DNA of 36,633 nt from positions 1 through 36,633 of the forward strand of contig CBDVDY010000003.1 of assembly GCA_965372875.1 (NCBI GenBank), read 5' to 3'. The DNA comes from an uncultured Alphaproteobacteria bacterium (GTDB lineage Bacteria > Pseudomonadota > Alphaproteobacteria > CBDVDY01). Below the pieces are notes generated by a model. It worked only from the letters and a program-made list of their open reading frames with translations. It was not told the DNA's origin and searched no databases. Below are positions 1-9,355 of the stretch, in pieces (position 1 is the stretch's first letter; every line of letters starts with the position of its first letter). Position numbers and translations under genes: made by a program.

Positions 1-2
1 TC

Positions 3-131
3 GATCGAAAGGTCGGTGAAGCCATCGACATTTATGTGAACAACCGGCTGGTCGCACGTGGCGAGGTCGTGGTCGTCGACGAACGCCTCGGCGTGACGAT
101 GACCGAGATCATCAAGGCGGATCGCAGGTGA
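3..131 (+). CDS. fliN: Flagellar motor switch protein FliN, C-terminal fragment (5' truncated by window edge)
   Basis: Frame from base 3 reads DRKVGEAIDIYVNNRLVARGEVVVVDERLGVTMTEIIKADRR*, the SpoA/FliN C-terminal signature; lies directly upstream of flbD. Not in the ORF track. Confidence 0.9.
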   Translation, partial: DRKVGEAIDIYVNNRLVARGEVVVVDERLGVTMTEIIKADRR

Positions 132-162
132 TGGGACAACCGCTCGCGTCGGGAGAAACGGC

Positions 163-1548
163 ATGCGTCTTTTAATCATTGGCACCATGGAAGGGCACAT
201 CGGCGCCGCCAGCCAGATCGCTCTTGCGCGCGGCGCCAAGGTGGCCCAGGTCGATGACATCGAAAGCGGCCTGGACGCCCTCCGCCGTGGCCAGAGCGCC
301 GAACTGGTCATGATCGACAGCGCCCTGGATATCGGTTCGCTCATTGAAAGCCTGCTTGCCGAACGAATCAGCGTGCCGGTGGTCGCCTGTGGAATCGGCG
401 CGGACACGCCGAGCGCCGTCGGCGCCATCAAGGCCGGGGCGAAGGAGTACATCCCGCTGCCACCCGACCCGGAGATGATCGCAGCCGTTCTCGAAGCCGT
501 TACCGAGGAAAACAACAGTATCATTTCCCGCGATCCGGCAATGGAGGCGGTTCTCGAACTCGCGGAGCAGATAGCTCCATCCGACGCCAGCGTATTAATT
601 GCCGGCGCGTCGGGTACGGGCAAGGAGCTGATGGCCCGTTTCATTCACCGCAAGAGCCGCAGGGCCGGCGAGAAATTCGTTTCCATAAATTGCGCCGCGA
701 TCCCCGAGAACCTGATCGAATCCGAACTGTTCGGCCACGAGAAAGGTGCGTTTACCGGCGCGGTCGCCCGTCGCATCGGCAAGTTCGAGGAAGCAAGCGG
801 CGGCACCCTCCTGCTCGACGAAATCAGCGAGATGGACGTGCGGCTGCAGGCCAAGCTGCTGCGGGCCATTCAGGAAAGGGAAATCGACCGTGTCGGCGGC
901 AACCAGCCGGTCAAGGTCGATCTCCGCGTCATCGCCACAACCAACCGTGACCTGGCCGAGGAGGTCCGCAAAGGCAAATTCCGTGAAGATCTGCTGTTCC
1001 GGCTCAATGTCGTGACGGTCCAGATACCGCCATTGTCCGAACGCCCGCTGGATATCAAGCTTTTGTCCGAGCATTTCTGCAAGAAATACTCGCAAGCCAA
1101 CGGCATGCCGGTTCGCCAGATTGTGCCGGAAGCGCTGGAAAAACTCAGCGGACACGGCTGGCGCGGCAACGTGCGGGAGCTCGAGAATACGATCCATCGC
1201 GCGGTGCTGCTGGCCAAAGGCGATCAAATCGGACCGGAAGCGATCCTGTTGACCGATCCGCCGATCGTCGACGATACCGGCCAAGCCGGCGGCGCGGCGG
1301 CGGATGGCGGCGCATCGGCGGGAGCGAACGTCCGTTCCGGTGTTCCCGACTCGCTGGTCGGCCGTACCGTCGCCGACGTCGAACGCGATCTTATCCTTGA
1401 GACGCTCAGCCATTGCCTCGGCAATCGAACCCACGCGGCCAACATCCTTGGGATTTCCATCCGTACGCTTCGCAACAAACTGAAGCTCTACACGGAGGGC
1501 GGCATCAAAGTGCCGATGCCCAGGGAATCCGACCGCGCCGCGGTTTGA
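163..1548 (+). CDS. flbD: Sigma-54-dependent flagellar transcriptional regulator FlbD (receiver-like, AAA+, Fis HTH)
   Basis: GASGTGKE Walker A, ESELFGHEKGAFTGA, LLLDEISEM Walker B, W.GNVREL, C-terminal GNRTHAANILGISIRTLRNKL HTH; fliN-flbD-flhA context. Confidence 0.92.
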   Translation: MRLLIIGTMEGHIGAASQIALARGAKVAQVDDIESGLDALRRGQSAELVMIDSALDIGSLIESLLAERISVPVVACGIGADTPSAVGAIKAGAKEYIPLPPDPEMIAAVLEAVTEENNSIISRDPAMEAVLELAEQIAPSDASVLIAGASGTGKELMARFIHRKSRRAGEKFVSINCAAIPENLIESELFGHEKGAFTGAVARRIGKFEEASGGTLLLDEISEMDVRLQAKLLRAIQEREIDRVGGNQPVKVDLRVIATTNRDLAEEVRKGKFREDLLFRLNVVTVQIPPLSERPLDIKLLSEHFCKKYSQANGMPVRQIVPEALEKLSGHGWRGNVRELENTIHRAVLLAKGDQIGPEAILLTDPPIVDDTGQAGGAAADGGASAGANVRSGVPDSLVGRTVADVERDLILETLSHCLGNRTHAANILGISIRTLRNKLKLYTEGGIKVPMPRESDRAAV

Positions 1549-1574
1549 ACGGGCGCGGCGGCATCGGCTAGAAG

Positions 1575-3707
1575 ATGGCGGAGACTACGGAACAATCGGC
1601 GGCCGGAAACGGCCCAGCAGCCACACCGATCTTGGGACAATTCCTAGGCCGGTTGCACGGGACCCTGCGTCACGGCGACATCGTTCTGGCGTTGGCCCTC
1701 GCCTGCATCCTGACGGTGCTGATTCTGCCGATGCCACGCTGGCTGCTGGACTTCAGTCTCGCCATTTCCATCACGCTGTCGGTGTTGATACTGATGGTGG
1801 CTCTGTTCATCGAGCGGCCGCTCGATTTCAACTCCTTTCCAACGGTTTTGTTGATCGCGACGATTCTACGCCTCGCGCTCAACCTGGCATCGACCCGCCT
1901 GATCCTGGCCAACGGGCACGAGGGACCCGGAGCCGCCGGACGCGTCATCGAAGCGTTCGGCAACTTCGTGATGGGCGGCAACTTCGTGATCGGCCTGATT
2001 GTGTTCGCCATCCTGGTCCTCGTAAACTTCGTGGTCATTACCAAGGGTTCGGGACGTATCGCCGAGGTGTCGGCGCGCTTCAGCCTGGACGCCATGCCCG
2101 GCAAACAGATGGCCATCGATTCGGATCTCTCGGCCGGTCTGATTACCGAGAACGAGGCCCGCACCCGGCGCAAGGACCTGGAGGACGAAAGCTCGTTTTT
2201 CGGCTCCATGGACGGCGCCGCGAAATTTGTTCGCGGCGACGCCATCGCCGGGCTGATCATTACGCTCATCAACATCATTGGCGGCATCATTATCGGCGTC
2301 GCGCAACAGGATCTGACGCTTTCCGAAGCCTCGCGCAGCTACACCATGCTGACCGTCGGCGATGGTTTGGTGACGCAGATTCCGGCGATAATCGTTTCGA
2401 TGGCGGCCGGCCTCCTGGTGTCCAAGTCGGGCGTGATCGGTTCGGCGGACAAAGCCGTGTTCGGCCAGCTCGGCGGTTATCCGCGGGCGTTGGGGGTAAG
2501 CGCGTTCTTGATGACCGCGATGTCGCTGCTGCCGGGCATTCCGATGCTTCCCTTCTTGATGCTCGCTGGATTTTCGGGATCACTGGGTTGGTTCGCTTAC
2601 CAACGTCAGATCGCGGTCCGAGCCAAGGAGATCGCCGTCGAGGTCGCCGAGGGCGAAGGTGCCACGCCCGCCGAGGAGCCGATCTCCAACACCTTGCAGA
2701 TCGACCTGCTGCGGCTCGAGCTGGGATATGGCCTTCTTTCGCTAATCAATCAGGAGCAAGGCCAGCGGTTGACCGACCAGATCAAGGCGCTGCGCCGGCA
2801 ATTGGCGGGCGAGATGGGATTCGTCATGCCCGCCGTCCGTATCCAGGACAACATGCAGCTGCCGGCCAACGCCTACGTGATCCGTCTGAAGGAAATCGAA
2901 GCCGGACGCGGCGATATCCGGCCCAACATGATCCTGGTAATGGATCCCCAGGGCGGGGAGATCACCCTGCCCGGAGAGAAAACGGTGGAGCCGACATTCG
3001 GCCTCGCGGCGATGTGGGTCGAGGACGGTCACCGCGAAGAGGCGAACTTCAAGGGCTATACGGTGGTCGAGCCGTCGACCGTAATCACCACGCATCTCAC
3101 CGAGATACTGAAAGACAATATGGCCGAGCTGCTGTCCTTTGCCGAGACGCAAAAGCTGCTCGACGAATTGGAGCCCGATCAACAAGCCTTGGTATCCGAC
3201 CTCATCCCCAATCAAATCTCGATCGGTGGGGTACAGCGCGTGCTGCAAAACCTGCTCAAGGAACGCGTCTCGATTCGCGACCTTCCGACAATTCTCGAAG
3301 GAATTTCAGAGGCTTGCGCCCATACCCGGCATGTCGTCGCGATTACCGAGCACGTCCGGACGCGTCTGGCGCGTCAGATCAGCGAGGCCAACGTGGCGGA
3401 TACCGGGTATGTCCCCATTGTTTCGCTGTCGCCGGAATGGGAGCAATCCTTCACCGAGGCGCTGGTCGGCCAGGACGACGACAAACAGTTGGCCATGCCG
3501 CCCTCTCGATTGCAGGAGTTCATTGTCGCCTTGAACCAGACGTTCGAGCGCTACGCCATGATGGGTGAAACGCCAATTCTCCTGACCAGCCCGATAATTC
3601 GGCCCTATGTCCGTTCGATCATCGAACGCGTGCGGCCAATCACGGCGGTACTGTCGCAGAACGAGATTTATCCGAAAGCCAGCATCAAAACGATTGGCCA
3701 CCTCTAG
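1575..3707 (+). CDS. flhA: Flagellar export gate protein FlhA
   Basis: FHIPEP motifs RIAEVSARFSLDAMPGKQMAID, FFGSMDGAAKFVRGDAIAG, GDGLVTQIP; N-terminal TM region plus large cytoplasmic domain. Confidence 0.97.
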   Translation: MAETTEQSAAGNGPAATPILGQFLGRLHGTLRHGDIVLALALACILTVLILPMPRWLLDFSLAISITLSVLILMVALFIERPLDFNSFPTVLLIATILRLALNLASTRLILANGHEGPGAAGRVIEAFGNFVMGGNFVIGLIVFAILVLVNFVVITKGSGRIAEVSARFSLDAMPGKQMAIDSDLSAGLITENEARTRRKDLEDESSFFGSMDGAAKFVRGDAIAGLIITLINIIGGIIIGVAQQDLTLSEASRSYTMLTVGDGLVTQIPAIIVSMAAGLLVSKSGVIGSADKAVFGQLGGYPRALGVSAFLMTAMSLLPGIPMLPFLMLAGFSGSLGWFAYQRQIAVRAKEIAVEVAEGEGATPAEEPISNTLQIDLLRLELGYGLLSLINQEQGQRLTDQIKALRRQLAGEMGFVMPAVRIQDNMQLPANAYVIRLKEIEAGRGDIRPNMILVMDPQGGEITLPGEKTVEPTFGLAAMWVEDGHREEANFKGYTVVEPSTVITTHLTEILKDNMAELLSFAETQKLLDELEPDQQALVSDLIPNQISIGGVQRVLQNLLKERVSIRDLPTILEGISEACAHTRHVVAITEHVRTRLARQISEANVADTGYVPIVSLSPEWEQSFTEALVGQDDDKQLAMPPSRLQEFIVALNQTFERYAMMGETPILLTSPIIRPYVRSIIERVRPITAVLSQNEIYPKASIKTIGHL

Positions 3708-3756
3708 TGGTAAGAACCCAACATACGCTACCCATATGTTGGGTTCTTACCACTAG
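3704..3756. repeat. Perfect 22-bp inverted repeat with 9-nt loop, CTAG at both ends (MITE/REP-like palindrome)
   Basis: CTAGTGGTAAGAACCCAACATA (3704-3725) - CGCTACCCA - TATGTTGGGTTCTTACCACTAG (3735-3756); AT-richer than the flanks; includes the flhA TAG stop. Confidence 0.9.
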
Positions 3757-3774
3757 TCAATTCGGAGTGCCGCC

Positions 3775-4758
3775 GTGCGTCTAAAATCCTACTCAGCGGA
3801 ATCCATGACCCAGGCGATGGAGCTTGTCCGCGAAGAGCTGGGCGACGAGGCGATCATCGTGTCCTCGCAGAACGAGCGCGAAACCGGCCGCGTATTCGTG
3901 ACCGCGGCACTCGAGGCGCCGGCGGAGTTGGCAACATTCGGGGCGCCGGCGCACGAGCAGGACGCGCCCCTCGACACGGGCTCGATCGTCCTGGCATTGA
4001 ACGAGCACGGCGTACCCACCGCGACCATGGATAGGATAATCGACAGCGCCTGGGATGCCGGCGCGGCGGACCCGGTAATGGCCCTTGCCGCGGGGTTGGA
4101 CCGGCAATTCAAGTTTGCGCCGCTGCGATACGAAGCCGGCGAGCGACCGATAATGCTGGTGGGCCCTCATGGGGCCGGCAAGTCCGTCACGGCCGCCAAA
4201 CTGGCGGCGCGCGGCGCGTTCGACGGGCGCCCGGTTGCCGTCGCCAGCGCCGATACGGTGCGCGCGGGAGGCGTCGCGCAATTGTCGGCCTTCACCGAGA
4301 TACTGGGCATCGAACTCGAAGTCGCCGATGGTCCCGCGGCGCTCGCCGAAATCGTGGCGCGGCGCCCATCCAATGCCCGAATGCTGATCGATACACCCGG
4401 GACCAACCCGTTCGACGGCAACGCCCTGAGCGCCTTGGCGATGCTCGCGGGCGCCGCCGGCGCCGAGCCGGTGCTGGTCATGGCCGCCGGCGGCGACGTC
4501 CTCGAAGCGGCGGAGACCGCCCGCGCGTTCGCCGCCATCGGCGCCCGCAGACTGATTGCCACCCGCCTCGACACTGTCCGTCGTCTCGGCGCCATTCTTG
4601 CCGCCGCCGCGGAATCGATGGCGCTCGGCGAAATTGGCGTGCGGCCAGAGGTCGCCGACGGCCTGACCCCGGTAAATCCGGTTTCCCTTGCCCGCCTGTT
4701 GATGGCTGGCGCCGCGCGGCCGGGGACACCCGGGCCGCTTGTAAAGGACTTCGAATGA
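3775..4758 (+). CDS. flhF: FlhF-like SRP-family GTPase (short form)
   Basis: N-terminal MRLKSYSAESMTQAMELVREELGDEAIIVS is typical of FlhF; P-loop GPHGAGKS, DTVRAGG, DTPG, TRLD; lies between flhA and flhG; GTG start with GGAG upstream. Confidence 0.85.
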   Translation: MRLKSYSAESMTQAMELVREELGDEAIIVSSQNERETGRVFVTAALEAPAELATFGAPAHEQDAPLDTGSIVLALNEHGVPTATMDRIIDSAWDAGAADPVMALAAGLDRQFKFAPLRYEAGERPIMLVGPHGAGKSVTAAKLAARGAFDGRPVAVASADTVRAGGVAQLSAFTEILGIELEVADGPAALAEIVARRPSNARMLIDTPGTNPFDGNALSALAMLAGAAGAEPVLVMAAGGDVLEAAETARAFAAIGARRLIATRLDTVRRLGAILAAAAESMALGEIGVRPEVADGLTPVNPVSLARLLMAGAARPGTPGPLVKDFE

Positions 4759-5543
4759 CAGAGTTGGCGAACGCTAGCAGGACGGCCCGGCGGGCCGCCA
4801 ATCGAGGCATCGTCGCCATCGCCTCCGGCAAGGGCGGGGTCGGCAAGACGTGGCTCGCCATAACGCTCGCCCACGCGCTGGCGCGGCAGAACCGCCGTAC
4901 GCTGTTGTTCGACGGCGATCTCGGATTGGCCAATATTGACATCCAACTCGGCCTGGTTCCGAAGGTGGATTTGCAGGGGGTGTTGCTCGGCAAGCTCACG
5001 CTCGGCCAGGCGACGACCGCGTACGATGAAGGCGGTTTCGATATTATCGCCGGCTGCTCCGGGTCGGGCGGCCTCGCCTCGCTGCCGCCGAAGAAACTGG
5101 AGGCGCTGGTCAGCCAAATTGTCGGACGCGCCGAGGACTACGATCACGTAATCCTGGACCTGGCCGCCGGCGTGGAAAGCGGCGTGCGACACATGACCCG
5201 TCCCGCCGCCCAGTGCCTTGTCGTGACCACGGAGGAGCCGACCAGCCTTACCGACGCGTACGCCTTCATCAAACTCACGGCGCGCGATTTTCCCGACACG
5301 ACCCTGCAAATCGTCGTCAACATGGCGAATTCGCGGCAGGCGGGAGAGCGCACCTACCGTACCCTGGCCAACGCGTGCGAGAATTTCCTGAACCTGACGC
5401 CGCCGCTGGCCGCCGTCATCCGCCGCGACGACAAAGTCCGCGACGCCATCCGCCACCAGGCTCCGCTACTCGTTCGTCATCCAAGCTGTCCGGCGGCCGT
5501 CGATATCGAATCGCTGGCCGTGCGCTTGCGCGAGGTCGCATGA
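4755..5543 (+). CDS. flhG: MinD/ParA-family ATPase FlhG (FleN)
   Basis: IASGKGGVGKT deviant Walker A, DGDLGLANID, EPTSLTDAYAFIK; ATGA overlap with flhF. Confidence 0.88.
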   Translation: MTELANASRTARRAANRGIVAIASGKGGVGKTWLAITLAHALARQNRRTLLFDGDLGLANIDIQLGLVPKVDLQGVLLGKLTLGQATTAYDEGGFDIIAGCSGSGGLASLPPKKLEALVSQIVGRAEDYDHVILDLAAGVESGVRHMTRPAAQCLVVTTEEPTSLTDAYAFIKLTARDFPDTTLQIVVNMANSRQAGERTYRTLANACENFLNLTPPLAAVIRRDDKVRDAIRHQAPLLVRHPSCPAAVDIESLAVRLREVA

Positions 5544-6637
5544 CACGCATCGATCCGACGATTTCCTTCCTCCAGTCGGGGCATGGAGCCGCTACGCAAT
5601 CGCCTTCCGCGCTGAGCCAGGCCCGCGCCGTTACGCTCACCGACTCGCCGGCCAGTCTCGCTCGGCTGACCGCCGGATCGATTATCGAGGGAACCGTTAT
5701 CGGCCACGATGCCCGCGGCCGGACCCAGGTCCGCACGGAACACGGTATGATTTCGTTCCGCACCCCGATTTCGTTGCCGCCCGGCTCACAACTTGTGCTT
5801 CAACTGCAAACCACCGGATCGCAGATTCAAGTCGTCATTCTTTCAGTCACCCCGCCCGGCCCCGAGGGCGCGGCCGGGGGCGCACAGGGCGTCGCCCAAT
5901 CCAGCCAGCGCCCCGGCGCCCCGGCCGCCGGACAGCCCGGTGGACAGCCCGGTGTCCCGGCTCAGCCCAACGCGTTGCTTGGCCTGATTCAGGAATGGCC
6001 TACCTTGGGCGAGGCGCTGGCGGCGCTGCAAGGCGCGGGAAGCCCGGCGGCGCAGATCCTGGCAACGCTGGTCGCCCGTCCGAACCCTCAAATTTCTTCT
6101 ACCCTCCTGTTTTTCGTGGCCGCCTTGACGCGCGGCGACGTCAGTGCCTTGCTGGGCCGCGAGATCGGCAAGGCGCTGGTCGACGCCGGACGGGCGGATT
6201 TGGCCGGACGGCTGGCCGATGATTTCGGGCAATTGAGCCGCCTTGCCGCGGGCACGGATTCCAGCGAATGGCGCGTTTTCCTTTTGCCGTTCGCGGACGC
6301 GGGGAGAATCGAGCAGATCCGGCTGTTTCTGAAACGCCATCGCGCGACGCACGAGGAAGAAGACGACCGGCCGATGACCCGTTTCGTGTTCGAGGTCGGG
6401 CTATCCCGTCTCGGCCGTATCCAGTTCGATGGGCTGGCCGGCGGCGATAGATTCGACTTGATGGTGCGCAGCCTCGCGCCTCTGTCGGACGAGATTATGG
6501 CGGAGATTCGCGCCATCTTCGGTAACGCCCGCGAGGCTGGAAAGCTCGCCGGCGAAATCGCGTTTCAGACTGTCCCGGCGTTTTCCGTGGCGCCGCTCGA
6601 AGAGGCGCTGGCTTCGGAAAGCGGGTTCGTGGTCTAA
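5540..6637 (+). CDS. Flagellar-operon hypothetical protein with a FliK-like (hook-length control) C-terminal region
   Basis: ATG at 5540 overlaps the flhG stop (ATGA), so the ORF-track start 5213 is too long; Pro/Gly/Gln low-complexity middle; C-terminal TRFVFEVGLSRLGRIQFDG...FDLMVRS resembles the FliK C-terminal domain. Confidence 0.6.
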   Translation: MTRIDPTISFLQSGHGAATQSPSALSQARAVTLTDSPASLARLTAGSIIEGTVIGHDARGRTQVRTEHGMISFRTPISLPPGSQLVLQLQTTGSQIQVVILSVTPPGPEGAAGGAQGVAQSSQRPGAPAAGQPGGQPGVPAQPNALLGLIQEWPTLGEALAALQGAGSPAAQILATLVARPNPQISSTLLFFVAALTRGDVSALLGREIGKALVDAGRADLAGRLADDFGQLSRLAAGTDSSEWRVFLLPFADAGRIEQIRLFLKRHRATHEEEDDRPMTRFVFEVGLSRLGRIQFDGLAGGDRFDLMVRSLAPLSDEIMAEIRAIFGNAREAGKLAGEIAFQTVPAFSVAPLEEALASESGFVV

Positions 6638-6672
6638 CAGCGAGCCCGCTTCGGACACGAATTCGGGATCGC

Positions 6673-7098
6673 TCAGGCGCTTTCCCTGGTCCGCCGCCGG
6701 TGTATATCGATACCGATATCGTCCAGCTCTATCCGTTCGCGCCGCGCGGCTTCCTTGCGCGCCCGCTCCTTGCGGTTGGTCAGCACCGTTTCATGTTTTT
6801 TCAGGTCGCGGAACGATTCCGCGAGATCGGCGCTGGCGGCTTCGATCCGATGATCTATTTCGACGAGCAGGGAAGCGGCTTGGTCGCGCCGGGCCTCGAA
6901 AGCCGCGAAATATGCCGGAAACGTCGAACCCGCTTCGAGCGAGGCCAGAGCAGCGGCCTTTTCGGCGCGAAGTTCGTCCCGCATATCCTGCTGCCGACGA
7001 ATCAGGTCGGCGCGCCGTCTTTCCAGCTCACCAAGAAATTTGCGCTTTTCGTCGAGCCGCAGGCGATGCAGCCTGACCAGGCTTGTTAACGCCTTCAC
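6673..7098 (-). CDS. fliJ: Flagellar export protein FliJ
   Basis: 141-aa coiled-coil protein (MKALTSLVRLHRLRLDEKRK...ERIELDDIG) overlapping the fliI stop by 4 nt. Confidence 0.8.
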   Translation of the reverse strand: MKALTSLVRLHRLRLDEKRKFLGELERRRADLIRRQQDMRDELRAEKAAALASLEAGSTFPAYFAAFEARRDQAASLLVEIDHRIEAASADLAESFRDLKKHETVLTNRKERARKEAARRERIELDDIGIDIHRRRTRESA

Positions 7099-8477
7099 GA
7101 AGCGTCAACTCCGTCGCCGGCGGGGTCGGGCGGAATCTCGGGCGGATCGCGCGGCGCCATGCCATCGGCGAGGATGGCATCGAGTTCGGCGTATCCCGTG
7201 GTCAGATCGCTCCGCTCGCCCATAGCCTGCGTCAGGAACCTCTCCAGCTTTGGATAGTAATGGATGGCCTCGTCGATCAGAGGATCACTGCCCATGCGAT
7301 AGGCGCCGAGGCGAATCATTTCCGCCATATCCTCGTATCGGGCGAGCAGCGCCCGCGCCCGTTCGACGGCCTGGTTCTCCTGGTCGTTATTACAGCCGGG
7401 CATGGTCCGGGAGATGCTGCGCAGAACGTTTATCGCCGGATATCGTCCGCGCTCGGCGATCGACCGTTCCAGCACGATATGACCGTCGAGGATGCCGCGC
7501 ACCGCGTCGGCGATCGGTTCGTTGTGGTCGTCGCCCTCGACCAGCACGGTGAACAGGCCGGTGATGTTGCCGCGCCCGGCACCCGGTCCGGCGCGCTCCA
7601 AAAGTTTGGGCAGCTCGGCGAATACGGTTGGCGTGTAGCCCTTGCTGGCCGGGGGCTCTCCCGCCGACAGCCCGATCTCGCGCTGCGCCATGGCGAAGCG
7701 GGTAATGCTGTCCATCAGGCACAGCACGTCATTGTCCTGGTCCCGGAAAAACTCGGCGATCGACATCATCACGTGGCCGGCCTGGCGCCGCAGCAGCGGC
7801 GGCTCGTCGGACGTGGCGACGATGATGACACTGCGGGCGAGCCCCTCCGGGCCAAGATGATCCTCGATGAATTCCTGAACCTCGCGCCCGCGCTCGCCGA
7901 TCAAGCCGATCACGTTGACGTCGGAGCCCGTGAATCGCGCCATCATGGACAACATGATCGACTTACCGACGCCGGAGCCCGAGAAAATCCCCATGCGCTG
8001 ACCGCGGCAACAGGTCAGGAACGTGTTGATGGCTCGCACGCCAAGGTCGATCTTACCGCCGACACGTTGGCGTGAATGCGCCGGAAGCGGCGCGTTGCGC
8101 ATACGATAGGCGACGTTGCCTTGAGACAGCGGGCCGCCTCCGTCGATCGGCTCGCCCATGGCGTTGAGGACGCGGCCGAGCCAGTTGGCGTCGGGATAGA
8201 TGACCGAATCGCCCTGCAAAACATCGGCCTTGCAGCCGAGCCCGACTCCGTCGAGCGAGCCGAACGGCATGACCAGAGCCCGCCTGTTTCGAAAGCCGAC
8301 CACCTCGCACACGATCCGGCGGCCGCCCCTGGCTTCGATGACGCATCGGCCGCCGATCGCCAACTCGCGCTCGACGCCGCCGATCTCCACCAACATGCCG
8401 AGAACCGACGTAACCCGCCCATAGAAGCGCAAATCCGGGATGCGATCGAGTTCGGAATATACTTGCTTAACGTACAC
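7095..8477 (-). CDS. fliI: Flagellum-specific export ATPase FliI
   Basis: GQRMGIFSGSGVGKS, GLIGERGREV, DSITRFAMAQREIGL, GILDGHIVL. Confidence 0.96.
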   Translation of the reverse strand: MYVKQVYSELDRIPDLRFYGRVTSVLGMLVEIGGVERELAIGGRCVIEARGGRRIVCEVVGFRNRRALVMPFGSLDGVGLGCKADVLQGDSVIYPDANWLGRVLNAMGEPIDGGGPLSQGNVAYRMRNAPLPAHSRQRVGGKIDLGVRAINTFLTCCRGQRMGIFSGSGVGKSIMLSMMARFTGSDVNVIGLIGERGREVQEFIEDHLGPEGLARSVIIVATSDEPPLLRRQAGHVMMSIAEFFRDQDNDVLCLMDSITRFAMAQREIGLSAGEPPASKGYTPTVFAELPKLLERAGPGAGRGNITGLFTVLVEGDDHNEPIADAVRGILDGHIVLERSIAERGRYPAINVLRSISRTMPGCNNDQENQAVERARALLARYEDMAEMIRLGAYRMGSDPLIDEAIHYYPKLERFLTQAMGERSDLTTGYAELDAILADGMAPRDPPEIPPDPAGDGVDAS

Positions 8478-8529
8478 TTTCTCGTTAGACCCCCTGTCGA
8501 ATCAATATTCGATCCTAGGCCGGTTGAAT

Positions 8530-8579
8530 TTAAGGTTCAGTAAAGGGTGAAAACCCGTTCTGGTTAAAGGATTTGTTAA
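8530..8579. promoter_or_regulatory. Near-consensus CtrA boxes in the fliI/ctrA divergent promoter
   Basis: TTAA-GGTTCAG-TAAA (8530-8544, one mismatch to TTAA-N7-TTAA) and GTTAA-AGGATTT-GTTAA (8563-8579); further TTAA half-site at 8605-8608; AT-rich intergenic region. Confidence 0.65.
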
Positions 8580-8641
8580 GGAAATGTGCCTAAAGTCCGT
8601 ATAGTTAAATTTTGATGAAAAGGGAGCGAGGGGAGCCCAAC

Positions 8642-9355
8642 ATGCGCGTCCTCCTAGTCGAAGACGATACCGCCACCGCCAAAAGCATCGAGCTGATGCT
8701 GAAGTCCGAAGGATACATATGCGATTCGACCGACCTCGGTGAGGACGGCCTGGAAATTGGCAAGCTCTATGACTACGACATCATTGTCCTCGACCTTATG
8801 CTGCCGGATATCGACGGCTACGAGGTCCTGCGCCGCCTGAGAGCCGCGCGCATCAATACGCCGATCCTCATCCTCTCGGGCCTTGTCGAGCTCGACAACA
8901 AGATCAAGGGATTGGGATTCGGCGCCGACGACTACTTGACCAAGCCGTTCGACAAGCGGGAGCTGATCGCCCGCATTCAAGCCATCGTCCGCCGCTCCAA
9001 GGGACATTCCGATTCGATCATTTCCACCGGCAAGCTCACGGTCAATCTCGACACCCGTACGGCCGAGGTCGACAGCCAGCCCCTCCACCTGACCGGCAAG
9101 GAATACGGCATTCTCGAGCTGCTGTCGCTGCGCAAGGGCACGACGCTGACCAAGGAGATGTTCCTCAACCATCTCTATGGCGGCATGGACGAGCCGGAGC
9201 TCAAGATCATCGATGTCTTCATTTGCAAGCTGCGCAAGAAGCTGGCGGCGGCGTGTGACGGCGACAACTACATCGAGACCGTCTGGGGCCGCGGCTACGT
9301 GCTGCGCGATCCGGTCGAGCCAAGAATGGAAGAGCCGGCCAGCACGGCGGCGTAG
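8642..9355 (+). CDS. ctrA: Cell-cycle/motility response regulator CtrA
   Basis: MRVLLVEDD...[68 protein letters not shown]; ATG at 8642 with GGGGAG RBS. Confidence 0.97.
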   Translation: MRVLLVEDDTATAKSIELMLKSEGYICDSTDLGEDGLEIGKLYDYDIIVLDLMLPDIDGYEVLRRLRAARINTPILILSGLVELDNKIKGLGFGADDYLTKPFDKRELIARIQAIVRRSKGHSDSIISTGKLTVNLDTRTAEVDSQPLHLTGKEYGILELLSLRKGTTLTKEMFLNHLYGGMDEPELKIIDVFICKLRKKLAAACDGDNYIETVWGRGYVLRDPVEPRMEEPASTAA

